Shown: piece by piece, positions 1-11,456 of the stretch
Numbering within the stretch: the stretch's first letter is position 1
How the letters are laid out: each line of letters opens with the position of its first letter
DNA from: Octopus sinensis
Lineage: Eukaryota
Length of the DNA stretch: 64,000 nucleotides
Assembly: GCF_006345805.1 (NCBI RefSeq)
Contig: NC_043008.1
Span: 27,590,001-27,654,000, forward strand
Reading direction: 5' to 3'
Program-made: the position numbers and the translations under genes
Notes under the pieces: generated by a model
Seen by the model: the letters and a program-made list of their open reading frames with translations, nothing else
Databases searched by the model: none
What the model was told of the DNA's origin: nothing

Positions 1-398
1 AGTTGGTCATTAAGCTCTGCAGTAATTTTGGGAACTGTACTTTTGTGATTCTTTCTAACAATTCGGTCCCTATCTGAAAGTTTAGTTTTCTTCCGGAGTT
101 TTGTTTCTCAAAGGCTGTTATTACTTTCGAGACAGTGCTTCTTGATACACGAAACGTTTCGTTACGCTAGCGCCTGCCATACGAGCACCAACAATATGAC
201 CTCTTTGGAAATCCGATATATATATGTCATTTTATTGATGTTATATGAAACTAAACAGAAATTTTAACAAACATATTAAGCAACGAAAATAATAAATGAA
301 AAAAACATAAAAATAAACAAGTTTTTGACAGTTTTATAGATATTTCAAAATTATGATGCTATGATGTTAGGTGTTTCCCTTAGTTTGTCCAACCACTG
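1..398 (-). mobile_element. Tc1-family DNA transposon, left end and frameshifted N-terminal transposase (runs off the window)
   Basis: Minus strand begins TA|CAGTGGTTGGACAAAC (TIR-like, TA at 399-400). From about 230 downward it translates, with frameshifts, SDFQRGHIVGARMAGASVTK...VSKVITAFEK..NSGRK...RIVRKNHKST..ITAELN, the paired-like HTH N-terminus of Tc1 transposases. Confidence 0.85.
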
Positions 399-439
399 TA
401 TATATAATATTAAGAAGGCTCTTTGACTGTTCGATATTT

Positions 440-620
440 TAGAGATGAGGAATTCAGTACATTATTTACATTATCTATATTGGACGGATATTTGTCTTCA
501 ATTTCTTTGTTTGTTATTACCACAACATTTCGGCTGGTTTACTCTGCAACCTTCATTAGGTGTCGTGGTAGAATTTTGAACCCAAGCTTGTATTCTCATT
601 CCTAAGGTATTTTTTAAGCC
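440..620 (-). mobile_element. Penelope-like terminal repeat fragment (family A)
   Basis: Reverse complement aligns with 3520-3670 (aaaaaataccttaggaat...gatgaaggctg..gagtaaa.cagcc.aaa..ttgtggta..aacaaac...ccgtccaat). The GATGAAG-stem-GAAA motif is typical of Penelope-like element ends. Confidence 0.55.
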
Positions 621-626
621 GATATT

Positions 627-861
627 CTTCTTCTTCTTCTTCTTCTTCTTCTTCTTCTTCTTCTTCTTCTTCTTCTTCTTCTTCTTCTTCTTCTTCTTCT
701 TCTACTTCTTCTTGTTCTTGTTCTTCTTCTTCTTCTACTTCTTCTTGTTCTTGTTCTTCTTCTTCTTCTTCTTCGTCTTCTTCGTCTTCTTCTTCTTTTT
801 ATTATCATTATTATTATCATTGTTATTATTATTATTATTATATTTGTTATTATTATTATTA

Positions 862-894
<33 letters not shown>

Positions 895-910
895 CATTAT
901 TATTATTATG

Positions 911-971
<61 letters not shown>
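627..971. repeat. Compound microsatellite (TTC)n followed by (ATT)n
   Basis: Directly visible. Explains the poly-R/N/Y/F/I ORFs at 614-1014. Confidence 0.98.
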
Positions 972-975
<4 letters not shown>

Positions 976-1124
976 AGGCACTGCTTAGAACTGAACTTGG
1001 AATCTTGGGGTTAGTAGCCTGCGCTCTGAACCATTACGCTATACCACGAGCATATATCGTTATGGTTTAGCGCGAGGGCTACTAACCCCAAGATTCCGAG
1101 TCGAAATCCAGGCTGTGCCTTGAA
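972..1124. mobile_element. Two head-to-head tRNA-derived SINE heads (972-1043 minus, 1053-1124 plus), each followed by an (AAT)n tail
   Basis: Arms are reverse complements (ttcaaggca...ggaatcttggggttagtagcc / ggctactaaccccaagattcc...tgccttgaa). A-box-like TAGCGTAATGG, anticodon-arm-like GGCTACTAACC, degenerate B-box. Confidence 0.75.
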
Positions 1125-1125
1125 C

Positions 1126-1191
<66 letters not shown>

Positions 1192-1192
1192 T

Positions 1193-3465
1193 AGAGCAGA
1201 GCCAGAGACAATGCCTGAATGGCTCACGAAGGGGAAAACCATCTTAATTCCCAAATCAAATGAAACAACAAAACCAGAAAACTACAGACCAATAACCTGC
1301 CTCCCTACTATGTTCCAGGCCTTTACTGCAGTGATATCGCAAAGGCTGAACAAGCACCTGGACGAAAACAAACTGTTCCCAGAGGAGCAGAATGGATGCC
1401 GCCAGAGCTCATATGGCTGTAAAGATCAACTAATGATTAATAAAGCCGTAACTGAAGACAGCCACAGAAAGAAGAAAGGCCTTAGTATGGCCTGGATTGA
1501 CTACAAAAAGGCGTTTGATAGCATCCCCCACACATGGATCCTCGAAACACTAGCCATTAACAAAGTAGCACCAACAATCATAAAATTCATAGAGCACTCT
1601 ATGAATAAATGGCAAACAGTCCTACACCTCCAAACAAAAGAGGGACTCATGAAAACCAAAGACATCCCCATTAGAAGAGGAATATTCCAGGGAGATACGC
1701 TCTCTCCACTCCTTTTCTGCTTGGCACTGTCACCTCTATCGATATGCTAAATAGAACTGGATGCGGATATAAATGTTACGGCAAAACGATCAGCCACCTT
1801 TTATATATGGATGACCTAAAACTATACGCTGCAAATGACAAACAGCTGGAAACACTAATAAAGACAGTTCATGGATTTACCAAAGAAATAGATATGAAAT
1901 TTGGATTAGAAAAATGCGCCAAAGTAACCATGAAAAGAGGAAAACTAGTTAAGAGTAACAACATCACACTAGATAAAACCAATGAAATAAAAGAATTAGA
2001 CCAAAGCCAAACTTACAAATACTTAGGAATCCATGAACTAGATAAGACACAACACACACAAATGAAAGAGAAAATAAAAAAGAATATTATAGACGAGTTA
2101 GATCAATACTAAACACAGAGCTCAATGCTAAAAACAAGATAATAGTTATCAACACTTTAGCTGTCCCAGTTAGTTATAAGTACAGCTACAATATCCTTAA
2201 CTGGACACGAAATGAACTGTCCAAAATAGATAGGAAAACAAGAAAAATACTGACAGGATCTAGGATGCATCACCCAAAATCTGACATAGAAAGACTATAT
2301 ATACAACGTATAGAAGGTGGTAGAGGCCTTATACAGCTGGAAAACTACTATCAAATGACCACCATAGGACTGCAAAAATACCTACTTCAGAAGGAAGGAA
2401 AACTGATCCAGATAGCAGCAAAACACGAGCAAAACAAAAAACTGTTCTCAGTATTTAAGGAAGCTGACAAATACAAACAAGAAATCATACCACCTAATAA
2501 ACACAAAAAAGAAGAAGAGAAGAAGATGATGAAGAAACAACAAAAGCTATAAAACAAATGAAATCCAAACTAAAAATAGAACAGCAACGAGCCATGATAA
2601 AACGATGGCAAGAAAAACCCCTTCATGGTAAATACTGCACTAAACTAAACGCAAAAGAAATAGACAAAGAAAAATCCCAGCAATGGTTGAGAAGCTCAGG
2701 ACTCAAAGCAGAAACAGAGGGATTTTTAATTGCAGCACAAGACCAAAGCCTCCTCACCGGAAATTACCAAAACATGTAATGAAAAGAAATATTACAAGTA
2801 ACTGCAGAATATGTGGAGATGGACAAGAAACAATAAATCATATTATCTCTAGCTGCCCAGTCCTGGCTAAGAAGGAATATATTCACAGACATGACAGAGT
2901 TGGGACCTACATACATTGGAAGCTATACCAACATTATGGAATAACAACAGAAAAACGATGGTATAGGCACACACCAGAAAAGGTCACAGAAAACGAAAAA
3001 GCAACCATACTCTGGGATATGCCGATACACACAGATAGAGAAATTAAGGCCAACAGACCAGATATAGTTGTCAGAGATCATGAAGAAAAAAATGCTTTCT
3101 AATTGATGTATCAATACCGGCAGATGACAACGTGTCTCTAAAAGAAATGGAGAAACTCTCAAAATACAAAGACCTGGAAATAGAGATAACTAGAATGTGG
3201 AACCTTAAAACAGAAACAACTCCTATCATAGTAGGTGCATTAGGCATGATAAAAAAATATTCAGACAAATACATAACAAAAACACCAGGACTTACAAACA
3301 CATATAACATACATAAAATTGCACTACTAGGCACTGCACACATCCTACGCAGAACACTTTCCATACAATAACCATCAGAGCATCACAACAAATCACAGCA
3401 CATACCCAAGGCACACAGAGCTGTGCTCGGTAGTGAAGTGAAAGCACGCTATAAAAATAAAACTA

Positions 3466-3468
<3 letters not shown>
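1193..3468 (+). mobile_element. 5'-truncated R4/Dong-clade non-LTR retrotransposon (RT + CCHC + restriction-like endonuclease), frameshifted
   Basis: ORF pieces 1211-1750, 1744-2112, 2265-2552, 2558-2779, 2683-3102 and 3132-3371 give RT motifs (YRPITCLPT, WIDYKKAFDS, GIFQGDTLSPLLF, HLLYMDDLKLYA, YKYLG), zinc knuckle CRICG...HIISSC, RHD, and RLE RPDIVV...IDVSIP...EKLSKYKDL. About 100-bp 3' UTR. (AAT)n on both sides. Confidence 0.93.
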
Positions 3469-3519
<51 letters not shown>

Positions 3520-3520
<1 letters not shown>

Positions 3521-3670
3521 TCAGCAAAAAATACCTTAGGAATAAGAACCGAGGTTTGTGTTAAAAAATTCCACCGGGACACTCGATGAAGGCTGGAGAG
3601 TAAATCAGCCAAAATATTGTGGTAGCAACAAACGAGATGAGGACACATACCGTCCAATGTAAATAAAGCT
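3520..3670 (+). mobile_element. Penelope-like terminal repeat fragment (family A), second copy
   Basis: Homologous to the reverse complement of 440-620. Confidence 0.55.
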
Positions 3671-4159
3671 CTATTTATTTTAATGATTGTGTTATTTTCG
3701 ATTGAAGCGTTCTTGCCTGTTTAAATTCATTTAATTTGGGTTGGATTGCTCATTATTTGTGTCGTACATTGTATATTTTTTATGCTTAGCTTCTGTTTCT
3801 CTATTTGTTATATGAAGTCTGATTGTTGCTGGAGCATTGGATATCTAGAATTATCTTTATATCTCTTAAAGATCCGACCGTGATTGCGTAAATATCTAGG
3901 GCTAGGATCTTGTTCGTGTCTTGTATTAATTCATGTGTAGTTTGATATAAATATTAGGTAAAACACGTCTGCGCATAAGTCACATCTATTTCTCTACACT
4001 CGATAAGGCTTAGCAATACTAATCAGTCCCCTGTCGGTAGAATAACTATTACATTTGTCTTTAAGTAACCAAATTAATTTACTTAGGATTGTATTATGTA
4101 TATTTCTCCTTATCTCTAAAGAAATTAAAATGGATGTCCAGTTTTTTTTCTTTTTAAGA

Positions 4160-4367
4160 AAGCTATTTCTTTACTACCCACAAGGTGCTAAACTCAATGG
4201 GGACAATCAAGGACAGACAAACGGATTAAGTCGTTACATCGACCCCAGTGCGTAATTGGTACTTATTTAATCGACCCCGAAAGGATGAAAAGCAAAGTCG
4301 ACCTCGGCGGAATTTGAACTCAGAACGTAGCGGCAGACGAAATACCGCTAAGCATTTCACCCGGCGA
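4160..4367 (-). mobile_element. tRNA-derived SINE, family 1 (core GTTCAAATTCCGCCGAGGTCGACTTTGC.TTTCATCCTTTCGGGGTCGAT)
   Basis: B-box GTTCAAAT and conserved core, repeated at 10661-10825 and in the 54-56 kb cluster. The core resembles the Meta/MESC SINE domain (from memory, unverified). Confidence 0.85.
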
Positions 4368-5700
4368 ACACGTTCATAGTTTTATGTTTTGAGTTTAATG
4401 GCCATATTTTGTCTCTTGCAGAGTTGTATAGACCTGTTTGTCTATTTTCATTATTTATTGTGTTCTTCACTTCACTAGAACCCTTTCCTATATTTTCTTT
4501 CTCCGGTCCTGTATGATTTCTAAATTCCCTATATATATTAGTTTTGGGGCTGCTCTTTCTAGCTGTTTCTCTAATTTCTATGCGCGTGAACGAATTTATT
4601 AGGACTGTTCTCCTTTGACTGATCATTTGTCTGATAGCATTTCCCGCTTACATCAGTGCATTGATTCTTCTGCTAGCATTTCCCCCTTTCCTCTTTGAAC
4701 CACATACTGCTTTAAAAAAATACTTAAAAGTTATGAAATTACTCATTCTAACAGCTTGACTCAGCTTAATATACAGGCTAAGACAATTATAGAAATATAT
4801 AGGTTAGAAGTAAAAACCGAACCTACGAACCTAGAACCCTAAGAATTAATTTCTCAAAGTTCACAAACCGAACTACTTTAAGGCTTATATCACAAACCGA
4901 ATCTCCAGTAAGACGTATATGCCCCTCGAATTCAGACTTGGGTAGGATACCAAAATTAATGCACACACCAATTAAAACGAACAAAATGCCCCACCATTCA
5001 ACAATCTCGACCTTAAGCTTTCTTTTAAACCAAGCCCTAACTTCAGACAGCGACTATGGCGATGTTGATGTCAAAAGCACATACCTATAAATAACAACGA
5101 CACCACTTCTCAGAGAACACTAACTAACAAGAATTTAGTTCATTCAGCTCACTTCTGAGGATGGCCGAATGGACGGACGCTGGTGAAGCTGCACCGATAA
5201 TATTGCAAGGTTAAATTTGCAGCTAGGTAGTCGCTGAAACATAAACATGTGTAGATAATTATGATATGCTGTATATCACTATAAAATATACTTTGTGCAT
5301 GTACAAGTCTCCATACTCTTTATTATTAATAATATTAATATACAATCCAGAAAAGTTTTACTGCCAAGCGAAGAGAACACGAAATTACCTTTTGAAAATG
5401 TTCACGGAGTGACAAACAATTAAATATAGCCATAGATGTTAGATACTGATCTTTGTGGTTAGACGCTAACTGGAATTTAAATGAGAGCTAACACAGTATC
5501 CACCCGGATAATACAGCATCCCAGACTCACGGTAGTACTTCATCATGACTGCAGCCGCATATCTGAGACGAGTAAAAGAATAAAAGAGATTATGTGTTTG
5601 TGTATGTCTGTGTTTGTATCGGTGTGTTTCTGTGTGTGTATTTCTATAAATATATATTTACATCTATATGTGATAGATATGCTACACACACACACGCACG

Positions 5701-5736
<36 letters not shown>

Positions 5737-7388
5737 TCGATACACATAGATATTATTTATCACGTCTAAAAGTGTATTGCTCAAATTTAGGGAGATACTT
5801 TGAGATGTGCAGAGGTTAGCCTATATTAATCTTAGTAGAAGTTAGTTGTTCAAAGAAAGAATATTTAAGGTGCATAAATATATTTGTTCTTTCACAAAGG
5901 ATTACAATATTCTGTTATGCACTTTAAAATTTTCGGTAACCTCTCCTGTTCAGTAATTATAATGCATGATGATTGAAGTATGCAGTCGATGTACAAGCAA
6001 AGAAAAAAGAACAAAGCAAACAAGCAAGATAATGTTACTACACGCCGTGATAGGTCTACAATTATTCTGTAACAAGTATTTTCAACATAAAGATAAAATT
6101 CAATAATCGTTGCGAATATTATACAGTAATCTTTTTCTGAATATGTGGAATTGTTATAAAGTGTCATAATAATGTAGCTTCGTCTTACATGTTAGATTCA
6201 TGAATGCATTCATATTTGCAGTTATAAATCCATATATTCTTAGAAAGTAACCGATGCCAAGAAACGTATAGCGTTTGAAATTGCACTTGTTCCCATAACT
6301 ATCTGTCCCGAAAAATTTATATCTGCCAATAAAATGCATTCAGCTAGTATTAATATCATTGCTAAGAAGCTATACATTTTTTCTATTTAACTTTAACTCT
6401 TTTCAGTTCCCTTATCGACTCTTTTGCCGAAACGGTGAAATTTCTGTTTTCCTTTCTACAGCATATCATTGTTGCCGCTCCAGAACCAAAAGGAATCCGT
6501 GTGAATGTGGTTTAGTATATATACACACTGGCGCTCATTCATACGCGTCTAATCATTTATAAACCAAATATTCATACAGCCATTTCGCTATTTATTTATT
6601 TATGAATACATGTAGGTATACACACACATACATATATATAAGCATACACGTATACACACACGCACACACACACACATACACATATATATATACATGCACA
6701 CAAACATATATATATATATATAAAAATATATATATGCATATATATGCATACACTCACATACACACACACACTGGCACACACACTCAGACGTTTTACATTT
6801 ACTGGTTACTTATATGTTATATACCATGTACATTGCTTTAAAATATTTTGTACTTATATAAATTCCTGGCAATAGAGTAAAAAGATGATGAAACTGCAAG
6901 CTAAGAATAATTAGTGAAGCTATAGTATAGCTAGATGTTCTATTTCACCCCTCACATAGTTTCCAAAGATATAGAAGGAAACGCAAAAAGCTTGGCACTG
7001 CCCTGACATATTTTCCGGAAATATATTAATAAAAGCCCCAACACCGACGATAAAGACATTCTATGGTGTGAAACTTCTTTACTGGCTGTCTATACTATTC
7101 ACCCATCGTATTAGAGAACAATAGCTTAAGTTTGAGGATTAGAAATTGACCACGTAATTTTGTATAAATTCCACACTGACCAAATTCCAACCTCTTTTTT
7201 TGTATTCTTTTACTTTGGCAGTAAATTTGTTTACGCTCTCATGAAGATATCAGTTTGGGGTCATTTAATATTTTCAGTCGAGTAATTGGCCATGTGATAA
7301 AGTCCAACCATGATAACCCACAAATGTGTGTGGGAAAAAGCTGTAAGCATTTAATAAGCAATAAATATATATGACCGTCATTTCTGCC

Positions 7389-7433
<45 letters not shown>

Positions 7434-7454
7434 CATATGCATATACATATACAT

Positions 7455-7875
7455 ATATAGATATTGAAGTCGTCTGTGTGTGTGTTTGTGGCAGGTTTGG
7501 TAGTCTTCAGCTAACACTATCTATTCCGAGACCCTGCGGCGAAAGTTGAGCAAAATTGAGAGTATGATAGAAAAAGGCTTGCTCTTTATTTCACAGAATA
7601 AAAAAACTTCAAATAGGACCATGTTAAGACCAAAATTTATTTACATAAAAAAAAGTTTCTTTTTTTCTATGAAAATCCCAATGTTTTACGATTGTTTGAT
7701 TGCTGTGTCGCCATTTTCGGTGTCACTTAAAGAGAATAACAAGCTACATAAAGCAAAGTATTTACTTTTCAAAAAAGAATGAAACTATGTTAAAATTTGT
7801 TAACGCGACATCAAAGTCTGCCGTTTTAAGCGTAACTAAAAAACAAACCCGAGCAACGCCGGGTTATACTGGTAG
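7455..7875 (+). mobile_element. Non-autonomous Helitron-like element
   Basis: 3' hairpin cccgagcaacgccggg followed by a degenerate CTAG (ctggtagt), same terminus as 41885-41912. Internal (TG)n near the 5' end. The 5' boundary is approximate. Confidence 0.65.
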
Positions 7876-7885
7876 TATATATTAC

Positions 7886-7923
<38 letters not shown>

Positions 7924-7936
7924 TATTATTATTATT

Positions 7937-8059
7937 CAGTAGTTTTATTTTTATAGCGTGCTTTCACTTCACTACCGAGCGCAGCTCTGTGTGCCTTGGG
8001 TATGTGCTGTGATTTGTTGTGATGCTCTGATGGTTATTGTATGGAAAGTGTTCTGCGTA
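7937..8059 (-). mobile_element. Extreme 3' end (last codons + UTR) of the same R4/Dong family as 1193-3468
   Basis: Near-identical reverse complement of about 3346-3468 (cgcagaacactttccatacaataaccatcagagcatcac...aaaactactg). (ATT)n on both sides. Confidence 0.93.
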
Positions 8060-8094
<35 letters not shown>

Positions 8095-8139
8095 TATTAT
8101 TATCTATTATTATTTATTATTATTATTATATTATTATTA

Positions 8140-8172
<33 letters not shown>

Positions 8173-8656
8173 GTTTTTTCCTTCTTTCTTTAAATTTCCT
8201 TCCGTTTCTCGCCGAGTGTTTTCCATATACCTAGGGCAGAGAAGCTCATTGTATGCATTCCCAGATAACGCGCAAATTCACAGATACAATATGTATTTAA
8301 AAATTAATAAATAAATAAATTCATGGATGGATGTTGTTTTCACAGCGATAATGCTCTTCTCAGTACATGAGCCGTTCCAGTTAATGCGGTTTTTTGCACT
8401 TCCTGTAGGGATGGTAAGCCTGGAATCATTTTCAAATAGGTTTCAGTACATTTTTTTATCATTCCTAGAGATCCTACAATCACTGATACTGTAGTCGCCT
8501 TGAGATGCCACATTTTTTTCAATTTCTTTTAGCAAGTCTTTACATTTACTAATCTTGTCAAATTGTTTCGCCGCTATGTTGTGATCCTAAGGAATACTCA
8601 TGTCAATTAATAAACACATCTTTTTGTCTGATCTTTTATAATAATATCCGATTTAA
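8173..8656 (-). mobile_element. 3' fragment of a second R4/Dong-type LINE family (RLE domain + distinct 3' UTR)
   Basis: IKSDIIIKDQTKRCVY-LIDMSIP...MWHLKATTVSVIVGSLGMIKK...QKTALTGTAHVLRRALSL, homologous to the C-terminus at 3132-3371. Flanked by (ATT)n. Confidence 0.88.
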
Positions 8657-8706
<50 letters not shown>

Positions 8707-8707
8707 A

Positions 8708-8775
<68 letters not shown>

Positions 8776-9618
8776 GAGAGAGCAGTGCATGCCATCAAAG
8801 TGACACCGGGGTAAAATATACAAAGCCCAGTATACCCATCATGACTAACCGTCTGATAAGGGCACACCAGGCACATGCATCACAACCATATGTGCACGAC
8901 ATGATTTCATATCAAGATAAACAGCACATGACCTTGTAGGTGGGGGTCCAGTTAGAATTTTCTTCAGGTCGAGTAGCCCATCCCACTCAAAAGGTCCTTG
9001 AATAAGGATTAAGGATGTTGAACGAAACACCCATATCTCCAAAGGTGAGTTATCCAAACCCCAAAGAATCCCTCTCAACACATGGCTATGATGCTCCCCC
9101 ACTACTTCTGCTCGTGATCAGAGATGCACATATCGTCAGCCGCTTAGGGACATGCTCAACTGGTTAAGGTCAAACAACTGACAAGCAAATCTGTGGTATT
9201 GAGCAGAATATTTGCTGTAGCCCATCTTTCATACCAAGACAAAACAATGTACATGATAACACTTGCAATCAGTTAAGATCAGAAGCTATGAGAGCCACTG
9301 TCTGATACTGCATCAGGGCATTGTACATGATAACACTTGCAATCAGTTAAGATCAGAAGCCATGCGAGCCACTGTCTGGTACTGCATCAGGGCATATGTA
9401 CATGATAACACTTGCAATCAGTTAAGATCAGAACCCATGAGAGCCACTGTCTGGTACTGCATCAGGGCATATGTACATGATAACACTTGCAATCAGTTAA
9501 GATCAGAAGCCATGAGAGCCACTGTCTGGTACTGCATCAGGGCATATGTACATAACACTTGCAATCAGTTAAAATCAGAAGCCATGAGAGCCACTGTCTG
9601 GTACTGCATCAGGGCATG

Positions 9619-9620
<2 letters not shown>
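8776..9620 (-). mobile_element. Non-coding dispersed element inserted in (ATT)n, carrying five 72-75-bp tandem repeats at one end (about 9247-9620)
   Basis: Sharp boundaries with (ATT)n on both sides. Repeat starts at 9252, 9326, 9401, 9476 and 9551. No credible ORF (the 181-aa ORF is the repeat translation). Strand assigned by analogy with neighbouring inserts. Confidence 0.7.
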
Positions 9621-9702
<82 letters not shown>

Positions 9703-10075
9703 CATTATCATTGTTATTGTTGTTGTTATCATTTTCATCATCATCATCATCATCCTCATCATCAAAGCTAAAAATCATCGCAAAAAATCACAAAAATTTG
9801 CCTATTAGATATGCACTTCGTCGGACAATTTTGATTGAGAATGGAAGAATATTAAGGTTATATGTATAAATGTACAAATTATATTGAGAGATGCACATTT
9901 GAAATTGATTTCGTTTCAACTAACGGATTTTTTCTAAGAAACGGTGATGTACATAAAATTATTTAATAATAATGTAAATTCGAAGAAAACCTTAAATGAA
10001 ACAATTAAATTTTGTTAGAAGGAAAAACATACATACCCAGATTAAATTTATCATTAATTATATTTAATTTTTAAA

Positions 10076-10452
10076 AATAGCATTCAGATAACGAAACCTC
10101 CGCCAAGGCAACACCAACCTCCTCTCAACTTTTAACCAGAGATGATTCTTAAAACGAGAATATCTGAAATAATCTCCACGGTTGTCATAAAGAAAAACAA
10201 TGACAATAAACCCGACCGCTCTCAAAAAGTAAGTAAAAGGACAGAAAAAATTATCCACAATTCCTGTCCGGCAACGGATCGATCCCAGACCCTAACCCTA
10301 ACACTAATAAGTTCGTGCCAAACACGAGGCCAAACATCTTTGAAAGCTTCATCCAAATCCATCCAGCGGTATTTGAGGTATCTTATCCACGGTCAAACAA
10401 ACAGACACGAGTGAAGGCAGTACCTCCACCTTAGTTAAGGCGTTGGTAATAA
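10076..10452 (-). mobile_element. Helentron-associated non-autonomous element (HINE-like)
   Basis: Minus strand starts ttattacc..gcc..aaggtggaggta..tgtctgtttgtttg...gatggatttggatgaagctt and ends ccttggcggaggtttcgttatctgaatgctatt, the subterminal inverted CCTCCGCCAAGG architecture of HINE-type elements. Confidence 0.55.
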
Positions 10453-10660
10453 ATGCACGTCTGTTTATAATAATATTTACCTACAGAAATCTAACATAAT
10501 CCACATATAAATAACATTCACTTATACATACACTCACTAAAGATAGATGCATACATTTGTACACTAAAACACAAAAACTTTGAATCATGCATACGTACAT
10601 ATATACAAACATATACTGGCAAAATATAAATATGAATATATATATACTAAGATATATATT

Positions 10661-10825
10661 TCTTTATTGCCCACAAGGGGCCAAACATAGAGAGGACAAA
10701 CAAGGACAGACAAAGGGATTAAGTCGATTACATCGACCCCAGTGCGAAACTGGTACTTTTATTTATCGACCCCGAAAGTATGAAAGGCAATGTCGACCTC
10801 GGCAGAATTTGAACTCAGAACGTAA
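10661..10825 (-). mobile_element. tRNA-derived SINE, family 1, 5'-truncated
   Basis: Homologous to 4160-4367. Confidence 0.85.
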
Positions 10826-10844
10826 GATACACACACACAAAAAA

Positions 10845-11220
10845 GGCGCAGGAGTGGCTGTGTGGTAAGTAGCTTGGGCATCTTGGGCAAGTGCCTTCTG
10901 CTAAATCCTCGGGCTGACCAAAGCCTTGTGAGTGGATTTGGTAGACGGAAACTGAAAGAAGCCTGTCGTATATATGTATATATATATATATGTATGTGTG
11001 TGTATATGTTTGTGTGTCTATGTTTCTCCCTCTAGCATTGTTTGACAACCGATGCAGGTGTGTTTAGGTCCCCGTCCCTTAGCGGTTCGGCAAATGTGAC
11101 CGATAGAATAAGTACTGTGCTTACAAAGAATAAGTTCCGGGGTCGATTTGCTCGGCTAAAGGTAGTGCTCCAGCATGGCCGCAGTCAAATGACTGAAACA
11201 AGTAAAAGAGAGTAAAGAGA
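10845..11220 (+). mobile_element. tRNA-derived SINE, family 2 (ggcgcaggagtggctgtgtggtaag...gactgaaacaagtaaaagag)
   Basis: A-box GGCTGTGTGGTAAG, CORE-like cttgggcaagtg, internal (TA)/(TG) tract. Further copies at 19098-19462, 27505-27908 and 42773-43170. Confidence 0.88.
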
Positions 11221-11456
11221 GAGAGACATACAAACACACACACGCACACATACAAACACACACACACATTGTAGCATGTAAAGATATTTGAGGTTAATGT
11301 GAAGTTATTGGAGTGAGTGTGATGGTTTTGTGAGGCAGTAGAATAAGACTTTCAGAGAAGGCCTTCTTTACTCTATCAATAGATACAGTCTCTTTCCCAC
11401 TGTTAAAATCTACGTTAAAAATTTTTTGGTGTGCGTGAAAACACAAAGAAAGGGTC

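Noticed and set aside
972-1124. Functional tRNA genes
   Set aside because: Acceptor and T stems and the B-box are degenerate, and each head runs into an AAT tail. Better explained as SINE heads.
614-1254. Long low-complexity ORFs (poly-N/R/Y/L/I), and similar ones at 5.5, 6.6, 9.6, 16.8, 37.6, 43.3, 58.2 and 62.4 kb
   Set aside because: Translations of stop-free microsatellites with no coding signature.
4800-5260. Penelope remnant with hammerhead (ctgagga...gaaac)
   Set aside because: Only a weak LKLSFKP hint, and no stem II pairing between the core halves.
6440-6515. Candidate host exon after ttttcctttctacag
   Set aside because: An isolated splice-like site with no recognisable peptide and no partner exons.
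9247-9620. 75-bp repeats (and the 36-bp and telomere-like arrays) as CRISPR arrays
   Set aside because: No unique spacers between repeats, no cas genes, eukaryotic context. Also no CUGANGA/GAAA pair in the 75-mer, so it is not a retrozyme unit.
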